64,000 nucleotides of DNA from Alphaproteobacteria bacterium. Lineage in GTDB: Bacteria; Pseudomonadota; Alphaproteobacteria; Bin95. A program made the translations under genes and the position numbers. Location of the stretch: the NCBI GenBank assembly GCA_964291285.2, contig OZ219785.1:832001-896000 (forward strand). Direction: 5' to 3'. This document shows positions 26,824-39,198 of this stretch, one piece after another (within the stretch, counting starts at the first letter, position 1; each line of letters begins with the position of its first letter). The notes under the pieces are model-generated. The model saw only the letters and a list, made by a program, of their open reading frames with translations, made no database searches and was not told the DNA's origin.

Positions 26824-26851
26824 TTGACTCTGAGCGATCGCGTAGTATGCT
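26824..26851 (+). promoter_or_regulatory. Sigma70-like promoter
   Basis: TTGACT-16 nt-TATGCT with T-rich upstream tract. Confidence 0.45.
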
Positions 26852-26939
26852 GTCACTACAGGGCAGAGGCATCCGGAGCCGCTTCCCCGGATCCGAAAAA
26901 ATACCCGCAGAACCGACGGGAGAGCGACTGTGTTGTCGG

Positions 26940-29207
<2,268 letters not shown>

Positions 29208-29213
29208 CGCTTG

Positions 29214-29897
29214 TCAGAACGGAACGCCGAGGGCCTCGGAGAGGAAGCGGACGAAGGGGCCGCCGGCGCGAGCGATGCCGGCGAAGCGGTCGAGGAAGTC
29301 CGGTTCGACGGCGTCGGCCTCCGAAACCTCGGCGCGCGCGATGAAGTCCTTGCGCTTCAGGTCCCCGATCAGCGGGTGGCCGGCGTCGTAGCCGCGCGGC
29401 GGACGCTTGAGCGACTCGCCCATCAGCGCGAAGGTCTCGCAGAACGCGCTGCCCGTGGTCCGCCTCCACACCCGGGGCCGGGCGGCGATGGCCTCGCGGA
29501 TCTGCCCGACCGCCTCGCCGCCGGGGCGCCAGATGCCGCAGCCCGCGAAGCAACGGCCCGGCTCCAGATGCAGGTAGAAGCCGGGCGCATGCGCGTCCCT
29601 GCCGGCGGCATGGCGGAAATGCGCGCCGACATTGGTCTTGTAGGGCGTCTTGTCGCGCGCGAATCGGGTGTCGCGGTAGATGCGGAACAGCGAGCCGCCG
29701 TTCGCCCGCGGATCGGCGCGGAAATGCGGGCTGATCTCCGCCAGCGGCTCGCCGAAGGCGGCGATGAAATCCAGCATCGGCTCGCGCACGTCGGCGATGT
29801 AGCGCTCCCGGTTCGCCTCGAACCACGCCCGGTCATTGTTCTCCTTCAGCTCGCGCAGGAAATCGAACAGCGCGGGCGGGATTGCGGGCGCCGCCAC
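29214..29897 (-). CDS. DUF2461 (TIGR02453) family protein
   Basis: FLRELKENNDRAWFEANRERY, FRIYRDTRFARDKTPYK, LKRPPRGY. Confidence 0.9.
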   Translation of the reverse strand: MAAPAIPPALFDFLRELKENNDRAWFEANRERYIADVREPMLDFIAAFGEPLAEISPHFRADPRANGGSLFRIYRDTRFARDKTPYKTNVGAHFRHAAGRDAHAPGFYLHLEPGRCFAGCGIWRPGGEAVGQIREAIAARPRVWRRTTGSAFCETFALMGESLKRPPRGYDAGHPLIGDLKRKDFIARAEVSEADAVEPDFLDRFAGIARAGGPFVRFLSEALGVPF

Positions 29898-29905
29898 CGT
29901 CCCGC

Positions 29906-30826
29906 CTACCCGTCCGCCTTCAGCACGGCGTCGATGGCGGCCTTGTCCACCTCGATCTCCACGCCGGCGCGCTCCTGCTGGAGGATGAGGAAGGCGCGGG
30001 AGTCGCGGTCGCCCCAGCCGCGGCCCAGCGCCTCGCTCATCTCGGCGCGGGTCATGTCGATGAGCCGCATCGGCACGCCCATGTCGCGGCCGAGTTCGGC
30101 GGCGAGCGACACGTCCTTGTGCGCGAGGCGCAGCGCGAAGTCGGGCGGGTCGTAGTCGTTGGGCAGGAAATGGTCCGCCAGGCTGTCGAAGCCGCGCTGG
30201 CGTCCGCGCACCCCCTGCCGGATCGCCTCCCAGAGCGCGAGCGGCTCGACCCCCGCCTTGACGCCGGCGGTGAACATCTCGACGACCGCGGCCTGCATCG
30301 CATAGGCGGAGGCGTTGTGGACGAGCTTGGTGACCGCGCCCGCGCCGAGCGGCCCGACATGGCGCACCTGGTCGCCCATGGCGTCGAGCGGGGCGCGGTT
30401 CGCCTCGAACGCGGCCTTGTCGCCGCCGACCAGCACGGCGAGCTTGCCGGACTGCGCCCCGCGCGGGCCGCCGCTCACCGGCGCGTCGAACAGCTCCGCG
30501 CCGATCTCCGCGAACGCCGGATGCAGGCGGCGGATCAGCACCGGCGAGTTGGTGGTGAGGTCGAACCAGACCTTGCCCCTGGCGAAGCCCGCCAGAAGCT
30601 CCGGCGCAATGGCCTCCACCTCGGGCGGCCCCGGCAGCGAGGTCAGCACCACGTCGGAGGCTTCCGCCACGGCGCGCGGGCTCTCGGCCCATGCCGCGCC
30701 CGCCGCCTCCAGCGCGCTCGCCGCCTGGCGGTTCAGGTCGTGGACGGCCATCTCGAAGCCCGCCCTGCGGATATTGAGCGCCATGGGGCCGCCCATGGTG
30801 CCGAGGCCGATGAATCCGATGCGCAT
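29906..30826 (-). CDS. 3-hydroxyisobutyrate dehydrogenase-family NAD(P)-dependent oxidoreductase
   Basis: IGFIGLGTMGGPMA, DAPVSGG, KLVHN. Confidence 0.9.
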   Translation of the reverse strand: MRIGFIGLGTMGGPMALNIRRAGFEMAVHDLNRQAASALEAAGAAWAESPRAVAEASDVVLTSLPGPPEVEAIAPELLAGFARGKVWFDLTTNSPVLIRRLHPAFAEIGAELFDAPVSGGPRGAQSGKLAVLVGGDKAAFEANRAPLDAMGDQVRHVGPLGAGAVTKLVHNASAYAMQAAVVEMFTAGVKAGVEPLALWEAIRQGVRGRQRGFDSLADHFLPNDYDPPDFALRLAHKDVSLAAELGRDMGVPMRLIDMTRAEMSEALGRGWGDRDSRAFLILQQERAGVEIEVDKAAIDAVLKADG

Positions 30827-30938
30827 GGTTCCCCTCCCGTCCGGCCGCCCTGTCCTCGGTCGCGGCCGCTGCGGCGCAGGATAGCGCCGGCCATCCCGGT
30901 TTCGTAGCCCTGGCCGGCGGCCGCCGGCGCGGGCGGGC

Positions 30939-32330
30939 TCAGATTTCCGCCGGCGGCTCGACGCCCGACGCGCGGAGTTCGGCGGCGAGCGCGGCCTTGA
31001 GGCGGGCCAGCCCGGCCTCGCCCGCCGCCGCATGGGCTTCGCAGCGCGCCACCAGCGCATCCTGCGTGTTGGAGGCGCGCAGCAGCCACCAGCCGTCTCC
31101 GGTGGCGACGCGCACGCCGTCGGTCGCGTTCACGTCCGCCCCGGCCGCGGCAAGCCGCCCGGCGACCTCGCCCGGCACGTCGAATTTGCGGGCCTCCGGG
31201 CAGGGGAAGCGCAGCTCCGGCGTGTTGATCCACACGGGCAGCGAGCGGCGGAATTCCGCCAGCGTCAGGCCGGAGCGCTCCAGCGCCCCCAGCAGCCGGA
31301 GCGCGGCGTAGAGGCCGTCGTCGAAGCCGTACCAGCGGTCGGCGAAGAAGATATGGCCGCTCATCTCGCCGGCGAGCGGCGTCCCGGTCTCGGCCATGCG
31401 GCTCTTGATGAGCGTGTGGCCGGTCTTCCACATTTCGGGCCGGCCGCCGGCCTCGGCGACGGCGTCGAACAGTGCCTGGCTCGCCTTCACGTCGGCGATG
31501 ACGCCCGCGCCCGGCCGCTCGGCAAGCAGGTCGCGGGCGAGCAGGATGAGCAGCTGGTCCGCCCAGAGCACTTCGCCTTCGCCGTCCACCGCGCCCAAGC
31601 GGTCGCCGTCGCCGTCGAGCGCAATGCCGAGGTCCAGCCCTTCGCGGCGCACCAGATCGACGAGCTGGACCAGGTTTTCCGGCACGGTCGGGTCCGGATG
31701 GTGGGCCGGGAAGGTCCCGTCGATTTCCTCGTTCAGCAGGAAATGTTCGCCCGGCAACAGCGTCGTGAGCCGCGCCATGACGCGCCCGGCCGATCCGTTG
31801 CCGGCGTCCCAGCCGACGCGCAGGCCCGGTCCTTCGCCGACCTCCTCCGCCAGCCGCGCGACATAGGCGTCCTCAACCGCCGCCCCGGCGACCGCGCCCC
31901 GCCCCTCAGTGAAGTCGGCGGCGGCGGCGAGCGGCCCGAGCGCCCGGATGCGCGCGCCGAAAAAGGCTTCGCCCGCCACCACCATCTTGAAGCCGTTGTA
32001 ATCGGGCGGGTTGTGCGAGCCGGTGACCATGACGCCCGCGTCGAGGCCCAGATGGTACATGGCGAAATAGAGCATCGGCGTCGGCCCGAGGCCGATGCGG
32101 GTGGCGTCGACGCCCACGGCGGCCAGCCCCTCGACCAGTGCCGCCTCGAGGCCGGGAGAGCTCAGCCGGCCGTCACGGCCCACCGCCGCGCTCCGCAGGC
32201 CGCCCCGCGCCAGCACGGTGCCGAAGGCGCGGCCGAGGGCGTGCGCATCCGCCTCCGACAGGGTCTCGCCGACAATGCCGCGCGCGTCGTATTCCCGGAG
32301 GAAGGTCGGGTGAAAAACATGCCCGGTCAC
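30939..32330 (-). CDS. Phosphomannomutase/phosphoglucomutase
   Basis: REYDARG, TGSHNPPDYNG, DGDGDR, GEMSGH, RASNT. Confidence 0.95.
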   Translation of the reverse strand: MTGHVFHPTFLREYDARGIVGETLSEADAHALGRAFGTVLARGGLRSAAVGRDGRLSSPGLEAALVEGLAAVGVDATRIGLGPTPMLYFAMYHLGLDAGVMVTGSHNPPDYNGFKMVVAGEAFFGARIRALGPLAAAADFTEGRGAVAGAAVEDAYVARLAEEVGEGPGLRVGWDAGNGSAGRVMARLTTLLPGEHFLLNEEIDGTFPAHHPDPTVPENLVQLVDLVRREGLDLGIALDGDGDRLGAVDGEGEVLWADQLLILLARDLLAERPGAGVIADVKASQALFDAVAEAGGRPEMWKTGHTLIKSRMAETGTPLAGEMSGHIFFADRWYGFDDGLYAALRLLGALERSGLTLAEFRRSLPVWINTPELRFPCPEARKFDVPGEVAGRLAAAGADVNATDGVRVATGDGWWLLRASNTQDALVARCEAHAAAGEAGLARLKAALAAELRASGVEPPAEI

Positions 32331-33640
32331 GGCGCCCGCCCCTTGCCGACGCCGCGATAGGAAAAGCCCGCTGCCGCCATTTCGGCGGGCTTGTAGACAT
32401 TGCGCAGGTCCAGAAGCACGGGCGCGGCCATGACTCTGCGAAGGCGCCCCATGTCCACCGCGCGGAACTCGTTCCATTCCGTCACCAGCACGGCGCAATC
32501 GGCGCCCTCGGCGGCGTCATAGACATCGCGGCACCAGGCGACATCCGGCAGCAGCGGCCGGGCGGTCTCCATGGCCTGCGGGTCGTAGGCGCGCACCTTC
32601 GCCCCGGCCGCCTGCAAGGCCGGCACCAGCTCCAGGCTCGGCGCCTCGCGCATATCGTCCGTATTGGGCTTGAAGGCGAGGCCCAGCACCGCGACGGTCC
32701 TGCCCGCCGCATCGCCGCCGAGCGCCTCCAGCACGCGCCCGGCCATCGCGCTCTTGCGGGCGTCGTTGACGGCGGCGGCCGTTTCCACCAGGCGCACCGG
32801 AGCCCCGGCATCGCTGGCCGTCCGGGTCAGCGCCAGCGTGTCCTTCGGGAAGCAGGAGCCGCCATAGCCGGGGCCGGGATGCAGGAATTTGCCGCCGATG
32901 CGCCGGTCGAGCCCCATGCCGCGCGCCACGTCCTGCACGTCCGCGCCCACGCACTCGCAGAGGTCCGCGATCTCGTTGATGAAGGTGATCTTGACCGCGA
33001 GGAAGGCATTGGCGGCGTATTTGGTGAGCTCCGCCGTCTCGCGGTCGGTGAACAGGATCGGCGTCTCGCGCAGGAAGAGCGGGCGGTAGAGCTCCTGCAT
33101 CGCGGCGCGGGCACGGTCGGTCTCGGCCCCGATCACCACCCGGTCGGGGTGCATGAAGTCCTCGATCGCCGCGCCCTCGCGCAGGAATTCCGGGTTGGAG
33201 ACGACATCGATCTCGGCGTCCGGGCGCAGTTCGCCGGCGATCCCGGCGACGCGGGCGCCCGTTCCCACCGGCACCGTCGATTTCGTCACCAGCACGGTGT
33301 AGCCCCGGACCGCCGCCACGACCTCGCGCGCCGCCTCGAGGACGAAGCTGAGATCCGCATGGCCGTCGCCGCGCCGGCTCGGCGTGCCGACGGCGATGAA
33401 CACGATATCCGCCCCGGCAACCGCCGCCGCAAGGTCGGTGGAAAAGGTCAGCCGCCCGGCCTCGACATTGCGCGCCACAAGGCCGTCGAGGCCCGGCTCG
33501 TAGATCGGCATCTCGCCCTGCCGAAGCCTCTCGATCCGCTCCGCGTCCTTGTCCACGCAGACCGCATCCGTGCCGAACTCGGTCAAACAGGCGCCCGTCA
33601 CCAGGCCGACATAGCCCGCGCCCACCATTGCAATGCGCAT
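32327..33640 (-). CDS. ugd: UDP-glucose 6-dehydrogenase
   Basis: GAGYVG, KSTVPVG, NPEFLREG, GYGGSCFPKD. Confidence 0.95.
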   Translation of the reverse strand: MRIAMVGAGYVGLVTGACLTEFGTDAVCVDKDAERIERLRQGEMPIYEPGLDGLVARNVEAGRLTFSTDLAAAVAGADIVFIAVGTPSRRGDGHADLSFVLEAAREVVAAVRGYTVLVTKSTVPVGTGARVAGIAGELRPDAEIDVVSNPEFLREGAAIEDFMHPDRVVIGAETDRARAAMQELYRPLFLRETPILFTDRETAELTKYAANAFLAVKITFINEIADLCECVGADVQDVARGMGLDRRIGGKFLHPGPGYGGSCFPKDTLALTRTASDAGAPVRLVETAAAVNDARKSAMAGRVLEALGGDAAGRTVAVLGLAFKPNTDDMREAPSLELVPALQAAGAKVRAYDPQAMETARPLLPDVAWCRDVYDAAEGADCAVLVTEWNEFRAVDMGRLRRVMAAPVLLDLRNVYKPAEMAAAGFSYRGVGKGRAP

Positions 33641-33680
33641 GTCCCGTCCCCCGCCGCCCTGTCCCGCGCCGGCCCCTGCT

Positions 33681-34550
33681 TCAAGCGAAGCGGGCCAGGA
33701 TTTCCCTTGCCGCCGGCGCGAGCTCGGGCCTTGCGAGCGCGCAGGCGATATTGGCTTCGAGAAAGCCCATCTTGTCGCCGCAGTCGAACCGCCGGCCCTC
33801 GAAGCGCAGGCCGTGGAAGGGCACGGCGCCGACCGTTCGCGCCATGGCGTCGGTCAACTGAATCTCCCCGCCGGCGCCCGTCTCATGCGCGTCTAAAGCC
33901 GTCAGCACCGAGGGATCGAGCACATAGCGCCCGACAATGGCGAGCGTCGAGGGGGCGTCGGCCGGGGCCGGCTTCTCCACAAGGCCCCGGACCGAGGCGA
34001 GCCGTCCGTCATCTTCTACAACGTCCAGCACGCCGTAGCGGCTCGTCTCTTCGCGCGGCACGTCCATGACCGCGACGACATTGCCGCCATGCGCGCGGTG
34101 GACGTCGAGAAGCTGGCCGAGGCAGGGCCGCTCCGAGAGCACGAGGTCGTCCGGCAGGATCACGGCGAAAGGTGCGGCGCCCACGACATGGCGCGCGCAC
34201 CAGACCGCATGGCCGAGGCCGAGCGGCGCCTGCTGGCGGACATGCACGACCGCGCCCGCCGCCGGCACCATCGCGGAAGCGGCGGCGCGCAAGTCCTCCT
34301 TGCCGCCCGCCGCCAGCGCTTCGTCGAGCTCCGCCGCGAGGTCGAAATGGTCCTCCATGGCCGCCTTGCCACGAGAGGTCACAAAGACGAACGTCTCGAT
34401 CCCGGCGGCCCGGGCCTCCTCGACCGCATACTGGATCAGGGGCTTGTCCACCACCGGCAGCATTTCCTTCGGCACGGCCTTGGTGGCCGGCAGGAAGCGC
34501 GTGCCGAGCCCGCCGGCAGGGATGACCGCCGTCTTTACCGGTCGCGTCAT
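33681..34550 (-). CDS. galU: UTP--glucose-1-phosphate uridylyltransferase
   Basis: GGLGTRFLPATKAVPKEM, VEKP, GEIQLTD. Confidence 0.95.
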   Translation of the reverse strand: MTRPVKTAVIPAGGLGTRFLPATKAVPKEMLPVVDKPLIQYAVEEARAAGIETFVFVTSRGKAAMEDHFDLAAELDEALAAGGKEDLRAAASAMVPAAGAVVHVRQQAPLGLGHAVWCARHVVGAAPFAVILPDDLVLSERPCLGQLLDVHRAHGGNVVAVMDVPREETSRYGVLDVVEDDGRLASVRGLVEKPAPADAPSTLAIVGRYVLDPSVLTALDAHETGAGGEIQLTDAMARTVGAVPFHGLRFEGRRFDCGDKMGFLEANIACALARPELAPAAREILARFA

Positions 34551-34612
34551 GGATGAACGCCCCCTTCTTTCCCCGCATGCGCGAGTCCTGCGCCTCAGCT
34601 CGACTTTGTGCA

Positions 34613-35995
34613 TTATGCTGCGAAGCAGAGGGCGTACTGCATCCGCCTTATCTTGTCGGGCGGAATTATGTTTGGTTCCCGGTGTGGCGGGGAGCGCGAT
34701 AAATTGTTTCCAAGCCAGAGTTGGCATCGTATGGCCGCGATTGCATCGGAGAATGTGACGCTGGTTTTCTGGTACCAGGCGGCGGCGTAGGACAGGTGGT
34801 TTGTCGAGAGCACGTCTGTGGCCCAGAGGCAGACGAGGCTGTAGAGCCCGCAGAGGACGGGGGTGGTTCGTGCGATCGCCGCGTGTGACCACTGGCGTTG
34901 TGTTTCGAGCCCGAGATGGGCGCGCAGTTCCTGGAAGGTGACCTCGACCTGCCAGCGCCGCACGAAGGTGGCGATGATCTTGGCCGGCTCCATGTTGGTG
35001 TCGGTGCAGAAGAACGCCTGCGGGTCCCGCTCGCCTTCCGGGTCTCGCACCAGCACCCATCGGATGGCCTTGGGAGGTGTGCCGGGACGATACCAGAGCG
35101 CGGTATCGGAGATGATCTGGAGTGTCTTTTCCTTCGAACTTCCGTACCAGCGCGGAAGCGTGATGCTTGTCCAGCGGGCATCGGGGTCGTCAAGGCGGGT
35201 CTGGAGCTTGGGCGGGGGCGGCCCCTTTTGCCGGGGTCGACCGCGTTTGTTCGGGTCGCGCGGCGGCGGGGGCGCGAAGAGGTTGGCATCGAGCCTCAGC
35301 CTGCTGATGAGGGTTGCGCGCTGTCCGATGCGCCAGGCGAGTTCGTGGGTTCCGAAACTGCTGTCGGCGACGAAGACGATCGCGCGTTGCGGGACCCAGC
35401 GAAGGATTTGAAGCATGCCCTGTCGCGCCCAGTCGGTGAGTTGCTTGTGACGCCGGCCTTGCCTGGCGGCGAAGCGTTCGGACGGGGCCAGGATGGTCAG
35501 GAAGGGCAGGGCCCTGATGCCCGGCGACCAGGGCAGCGGGACAAGCAGCATGAAGCTGAGCCAGCGCAGCCCGCTGGTCTTGACGAAATGGCCATGGCTG
35601 GAACGCACCGGGTCGCGATAGATGCCGCGCGCCTTGATACGCGCGCCCCAGCGGCGCTCGATGGTGTCATCGAGCCCGATGATGATCGGTCCCTGCCCGG
35701 CAAGCCGCGCCACCAGCACGAGCACGAGCCGGCGTGAAAGGTCACGCGGGTCCCAGCGGGCGCGATTGAGAACCTGATGGTAGGACGAGAATGTCTCGCA
35801 CATCGCCCGCCCGGTCACCCGCAGGCAGGCCGACACGGTTCTCTTGCCCGGCGCCAGCAACGCTCCCATGACCAGAACCGCCACCAGCCGCCAGGTCGGG
35901 GATGAGAAGGCGCCTCGAAAGGGCTCCAGCCAGTCGATCAGGAACGGCGGAACCGGATCGCCGATGGCGCTCGAAGGGTCGTCGAAATGTGTCAT
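34613..35995 (-). CDS. IS701-like DDE transposase
   Basis: IGLDDTIERR, VADSSF, FVRRWQVEVTFQE. Confidence 0.88.
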   Translation of the reverse strand: MTHFDDPSSAIGDPVPPFLIDWLEPFRGAFSSPTWRLVAVLVMGALLAPGKRTVSACLRVTGRAMCETFSSYHQVLNRARWDPRDLSRRLVLVLVARLAGQGPIIIGLDDTIERRWGARIKARGIYRDPVRSSHGHFVKTSGLRWLSFMLLVPLPWSPGIRALPFLTILAPSERFAARQGRRHKQLTDWARQGMLQILRWVPQRAIVFVADSSFGTHELAWRIGQRATLISRLRLDANLFAPPPPRDPNKRGRPRQKGPPPPKLQTRLDDPDARWTSITLPRWYGSSKEKTLQIISDTALWYRPGTPPKAIRWVLVRDPEGERDPQAFFCTDTNMEPAKIIATFVRRWQVEVTFQELRAHLGLETQRQWSHAAIARTTPVLCGLYSLVCLWATDVLSTNHLSYAAAWYQKTSVTFSDAIAAIRCQLWLGNNLSRSPPHREPNIIPPDKIRRMQYALCFAA

Positions 35996-36104
35996 GACGA
36001 CCTTCGAATCCAGAAGCATCCGGCATGCAAGGGCGCCCGCATGCGACCGGGTGAATCAGCATCGCTGCAGCGACAGAAGCCATCCAATCCGATATCACTG
36101 CTTC

Positions 36105-36392
36105 ATGGCCGCATCCGACCCCTGTCTGGCGCGCATCGAAGCGTTCAACAAATCCAGGGGCGGGGGCGTGACGGTCACCAGGGTGCGCGGCGGCTACAAT
36201 CTGTATCTCACGGCCACGCAGGCACCGATCGCAAGGCTCCAGCCGAAAGGCTCAGGTGACAAGATGAGGGTGCGCTACTGGTCCTGGCGCCAGTCCTGGC
36301 AGGACGTCGGAGACATGGGGGGCATCGTGCTCCCGCTCGAACAGGCCCTCGACGAAATCGCCAAAAACGAGATCTTCTGGACATGGACGTGA
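36105..36392 (+). CDS. Small passenger protein, possibly DUF3024-like
   Basis: 95 aa inside the IS inverted repeats; PIARL...YW...W...LDEI...IFW pattern. Confidence 0.6.
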   Translation: MAASDPCLARIEAFNKSRGGGVTVTRVRGGYNLYLTATQAPIARLQPKGSGDKMRVRYWSWRQSWQDVGDMGGIVLPLEQALDEIAKNEIFWTWT

Positions 36393-36415
36393 GGTAATTT
36401 TGTACAAAGTCGAGC

Positions 36416-37114
36416 TCAGGACCCGAGCAATATATCCTTCGCCTGGTTTATTTGCGCGGCGAAGAATGTCGAGCCGCCCCGGTCCGGGTGGTATTCCCGC
36501 ATCAGCCGGCGGTGGGCGGCGCGGATTTCGGCCGCGGCCGCCCCGGGGCTGAGGCCGAGCACCCTGTAGGCTTCGTCGCGGCTCATCCCGGCGCCGCCTG
36601 CGGCTGGCGCTTCGTGCGCGGCCCTGTCGCGCCAGTTCTCCGGTCCCTCGCGGTCCAGCCAGCTTTCCAGGAGCTGGGCCGAGCGCGGGTCGTTGCCGGT
36701 GTAGAAGCGCAAGAGGTCGAACAGCTGGCCCTCGGCGAGGTCGGAGAGGCTCGCGCCGGTATGCGGGCCGTCGATCACCCGTCCGTGCATGGCCCCGGAA
36801 TCGTGGTCGAGGCGCATGGAAAGGAAACGGGTCTGGACCTCCGATCCCTTGCCGGGCGTGGGGCCTCTCGCGGTCTTCGCCATGTTGCGCGCGCGCCGCC
36901 ACTGCATGAACAGGCCGAACAGCAGCGGCGCCAGCAGGCCCAGCACGAGGCCGCGCCCGAACACCAGCAGCAGGAGCACGGCCGCACCCATGACCAGTAC
37001 GGCCGCCAGCCTGAGCACGCGCAGGAGCACCCTGGGGTCGGCATTGGCGGCCCAGCGCGCAAGCAGCGGCAGGCAGACCAGCAGCGCCAGGACCAGGACG
37101 ACGACGCCGATCAC
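36416..37114 (-). CDS. Membrane protein with C-terminal DnaJ domain
   Basis: N-terminal TM helices; EAYRVLGL...HPDRGGS...INQAKD. Confidence 0.9.
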   Translation of the reverse strand: MIGVVVLVLALLVCLPLLARWAANADPRVLLRVLRLAAVLVMGAAVLLLLVFGRGLVLGLLAPLLFGLFMQWRRARNMAKTARGPTPGKGSEVQTRFLSMRLDHDSGAMHGRVIDGPHTGASLSDLAEGQLFDLLRFYTGNDPRSAQLLESWLDREGPENWRDRAAHEAPAAGGAGMSRDEAYRVLGLSPGAAAAEIRAAHRRLMREYHPDRGGSTFFAAQINQAKDILLGS

Positions 37115-37824
37115 CGCCGCCGGCTCCTCCCGCCACCCGGCAGGGCCTTCATCTGCCCGGCCAGTTGCTTCGCCGCGCTGCCGGGAAGCGACGTCAGCGC
37201 AGCCCGCCCGCCGGCCGCGAACGCCGCCACGGCCCGCAGCAGCGCGCGCAGCTGCTCGGCGCTCCCGGTGTCGAACCGGCAGCAGGCGCCGCCGGTCAGC
37301 CGGGCGATCTCGTTGAAGCCGCGCGTCGCCAGCGGGTCGCCCCCCTCCTGGAACAGGAAGGCCGGCGTGCCGAGCATGCCGAGCCGGCCGGCCTCATGCG
37401 AAACACGGTCGATATCCTCCTCGAACGCATCGCCCACGAAGACCAGCGCATCGACCTTGCGCTTGTTCGTCTCCTTGGCGGCATGGGCCAGCACGCGGCC
37501 AATCTGCGTCAGGCCGCCATAGCAGCGGATCTGCAGCATCCGTTTCAGCAGGTCGTTGGCATTGCGCACCCACCCGCTCGCCTTGCACTCGCGGAAACCG
37601 CGATAGAAGACGAGCTGCACTTCGAGCCCGCCCAGCGCTGCTGCGGTCTGGAACATCTCGGCCTGGAGGTGGCTCGCGCGGTCCCAGGTCGGTTCGCGGC
37701 TGGCGGTGGCGTCGAGCGCGAAGATCAGCCGCCCGCCGCCTTCCGGGCGCGGCGTCCGGGCCGCCTTTTTGAGGAAGGCGTCGATATCGCCCTCAGGCGA
37801 GAAGCGTGTCGGCGTTCCGGCCAT
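37111..37824 (-). CDS. VWA domain protein
   Basis: LIFALDATASR, TQI, VFVGDAFEE. Confidence 0.85.
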   Translation of the reverse strand: MAGTPTRFSPEGDIDAFLKKAARTPRPEGGGRLIFALDATASREPTWDRASHLQAEMFQTAAALGGLEVQLVFYRGFRECKASGWVRNANDLLKRMLQIRCYGGLTQIGRVLAHAAKETNKRKVDALVFVGDAFEEDIDRVSHEAGRLGMLGTPAFLFQEGGDPLATRGFNEIARLTGGACCRFDTGSAEQLRALLRAVAAFAAGGRAALTSLPGSAAKQLAGQMKALPGGGRSRRR

Positions 37825-37917
37825 AGCTGCGCGGAAACATACACTATCGCGCCGCCCCTGTGTCCCCGCCGCCCTCGGTTCACGGACGGGTTGCTCGATC
37901 CCGATCGGCACCGCCGC

Positions 37918-38517
37918 TCAGAACCACACGGCGGCGACCGACACGACCGTGACGATGGCGAGGACGAGATTGACTGTGAACCATTGTGCGTCCGTCCTGA
38001 GCATGCGTCCGAGCACCGCCCCGCCCAGGCACCAGAGGACCATCGCCCCCATTGCAGCGCAGCCGAAGCTCGCCGCCAGCAGCAGGGCCAGTTCCAGCGA
38101 GCTGCTGGTGAACTCGGCATAGGCGCCCGCCGCCGCCAGCCCCATCATCCAGGCTTTCGGTGCGAGAAACAGGACGGCCAGCCCCGTCACGAATCCCATG
38201 GCCCGTTCTCCGCCCGCATCCTCCGACGCGCGCGGCGCACCGCTTCGGAAGATCCGCCAGGCAAGCCATACGAGATAGCCGGAACCGAGGACCTTGATCG
38301 CGAGTTGCAGCGATGGCGCCGTTTGCAACAGGGCGGAGAGGCCGAAAGCCCCGGCTGCCGTGAGCAACGCGAGGCCTGCGGCGACCCCCGCCGCCAGAGG
38401 CAGGCTTCCGACGAGGCCGTACCGGACCCCGGAGGCTGCCGCCAACAGCGTGCTCGGCCCCGGCGTGATGGTCGTCGCAACGGCCAGCACCACCAGCGAG
38501 ATCAAGAACTCCGGCAT
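37918..38517 (-). CDS. LysE family translocator
   Basis: TPGP, GSGYLVWLAW; hydrophobic. Confidence 0.85.
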   Translation of the reverse strand: MPEFLISLVVLAVATTITPGPSTLLAAASGVRYGLVGSLPLAAGVAAGLALLTAAGAFGLSALLQTAPSLQLAIKVLGSGYLVWLAWRIFRSGAPRASEDAGGERAMGFVTGLAVLFLAPKAWMMGLAAAGAYAEFTSSSLELALLLAASFGCAAMGAMVLWCLGGAVLGRMLRTDAQWFTVNLVLAIVTVVSVAAVWF

Positions 38518-38547
38518 TGATTGTCCGCCTCCCGGAACGGCGCTGTC

Positions 38548-39048
38548 CTATTGCGGATGCCACGCCCGGAGTTCGCCTCGCGGCGCGGGAATGTCCGGGG
38601 CAAGCGCCATGTGGTGGACCCGATCCGCCGGTTCGCCCGCGACCCGGACGCCTGCCGCCGCTGCCGGGCCGAAGCCGAGCGGCGCGTAATAGTCCCGCTC
38701 GCCGAGCAGGAAGACATGGGGCCAGCCGGCGGCGCGCGCCGCATCCAGGGAATGGCGGAGCAGCGCCCGGCCGATCCCCTGCCCGCGAAGCGCCGGCTCA
38801 ACCGCGAGCGGGCCGAGCAGCAGGGCGCAGGCGCCCTTGTCCCCGATCGCGACCGGCGTCTGCTGCACGCTGCCGACCAGGCGTCCGTCCATCCGCGCGG
38901 CAAAGGAAAGCGCCGGGCAGGGCGGGTTGCCGGCGCGGAGGCGGTAGGAGGACTTGTTCCTGCGGTCCCGCCCGAACACAAGGTCGAGCAGCGCTTCCAC
39001 TGCGGGCCGGTCGGCGGATTCAAGCGGAGAAATCTGGAAAGAACGCAT
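38548..39048 (-). CDS. GNAT acetyltransferase (YhbS-like)
   Basis: LLGPLAVEPALRGQGIG, YYAPLGF. Confidence 0.85.
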   Translation of the reverse strand: MRSFQISPLESADRPAVEALLDLVFGRDRRNKSSYRLRAGNPPCPALSFAARMDGRLVGSVQQTPVAIGDKGACALLLGPLAVEPALRGQGIGRALLRHSLDAARAAGWPHVFLLGERDYYAPLGFGPAAAAGVRVAGEPADRVHHMALAPDIPAPRGELRAWHPQ

Positions 39049-39198
39049 GGTCGGAAGGCTCCCGGACGGACAAAGCGGCGGCGATGCCGGCCGGAGCCGT
39101 GTCCGGCCGGTTCAGCCGCGCTTTCGTCGGAGCCAGCGAACCATGGATGCAAGACTAACCCGGATTTCCAGCCCTTGTCACGGCCCGAACGGGACAGG

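Larger units (their letters stand above)
34599..36414 (-). mobile_element. IS701-like element with passenger gene (1816 bp)
   Basis: Inverted repeats CTCGACTTTGT(G/A)CA at 34599-34612 and 36401-36414; 5-bp TSD CTCAG at 34594-34598 and 36415-36419. Confidence 0.88.
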
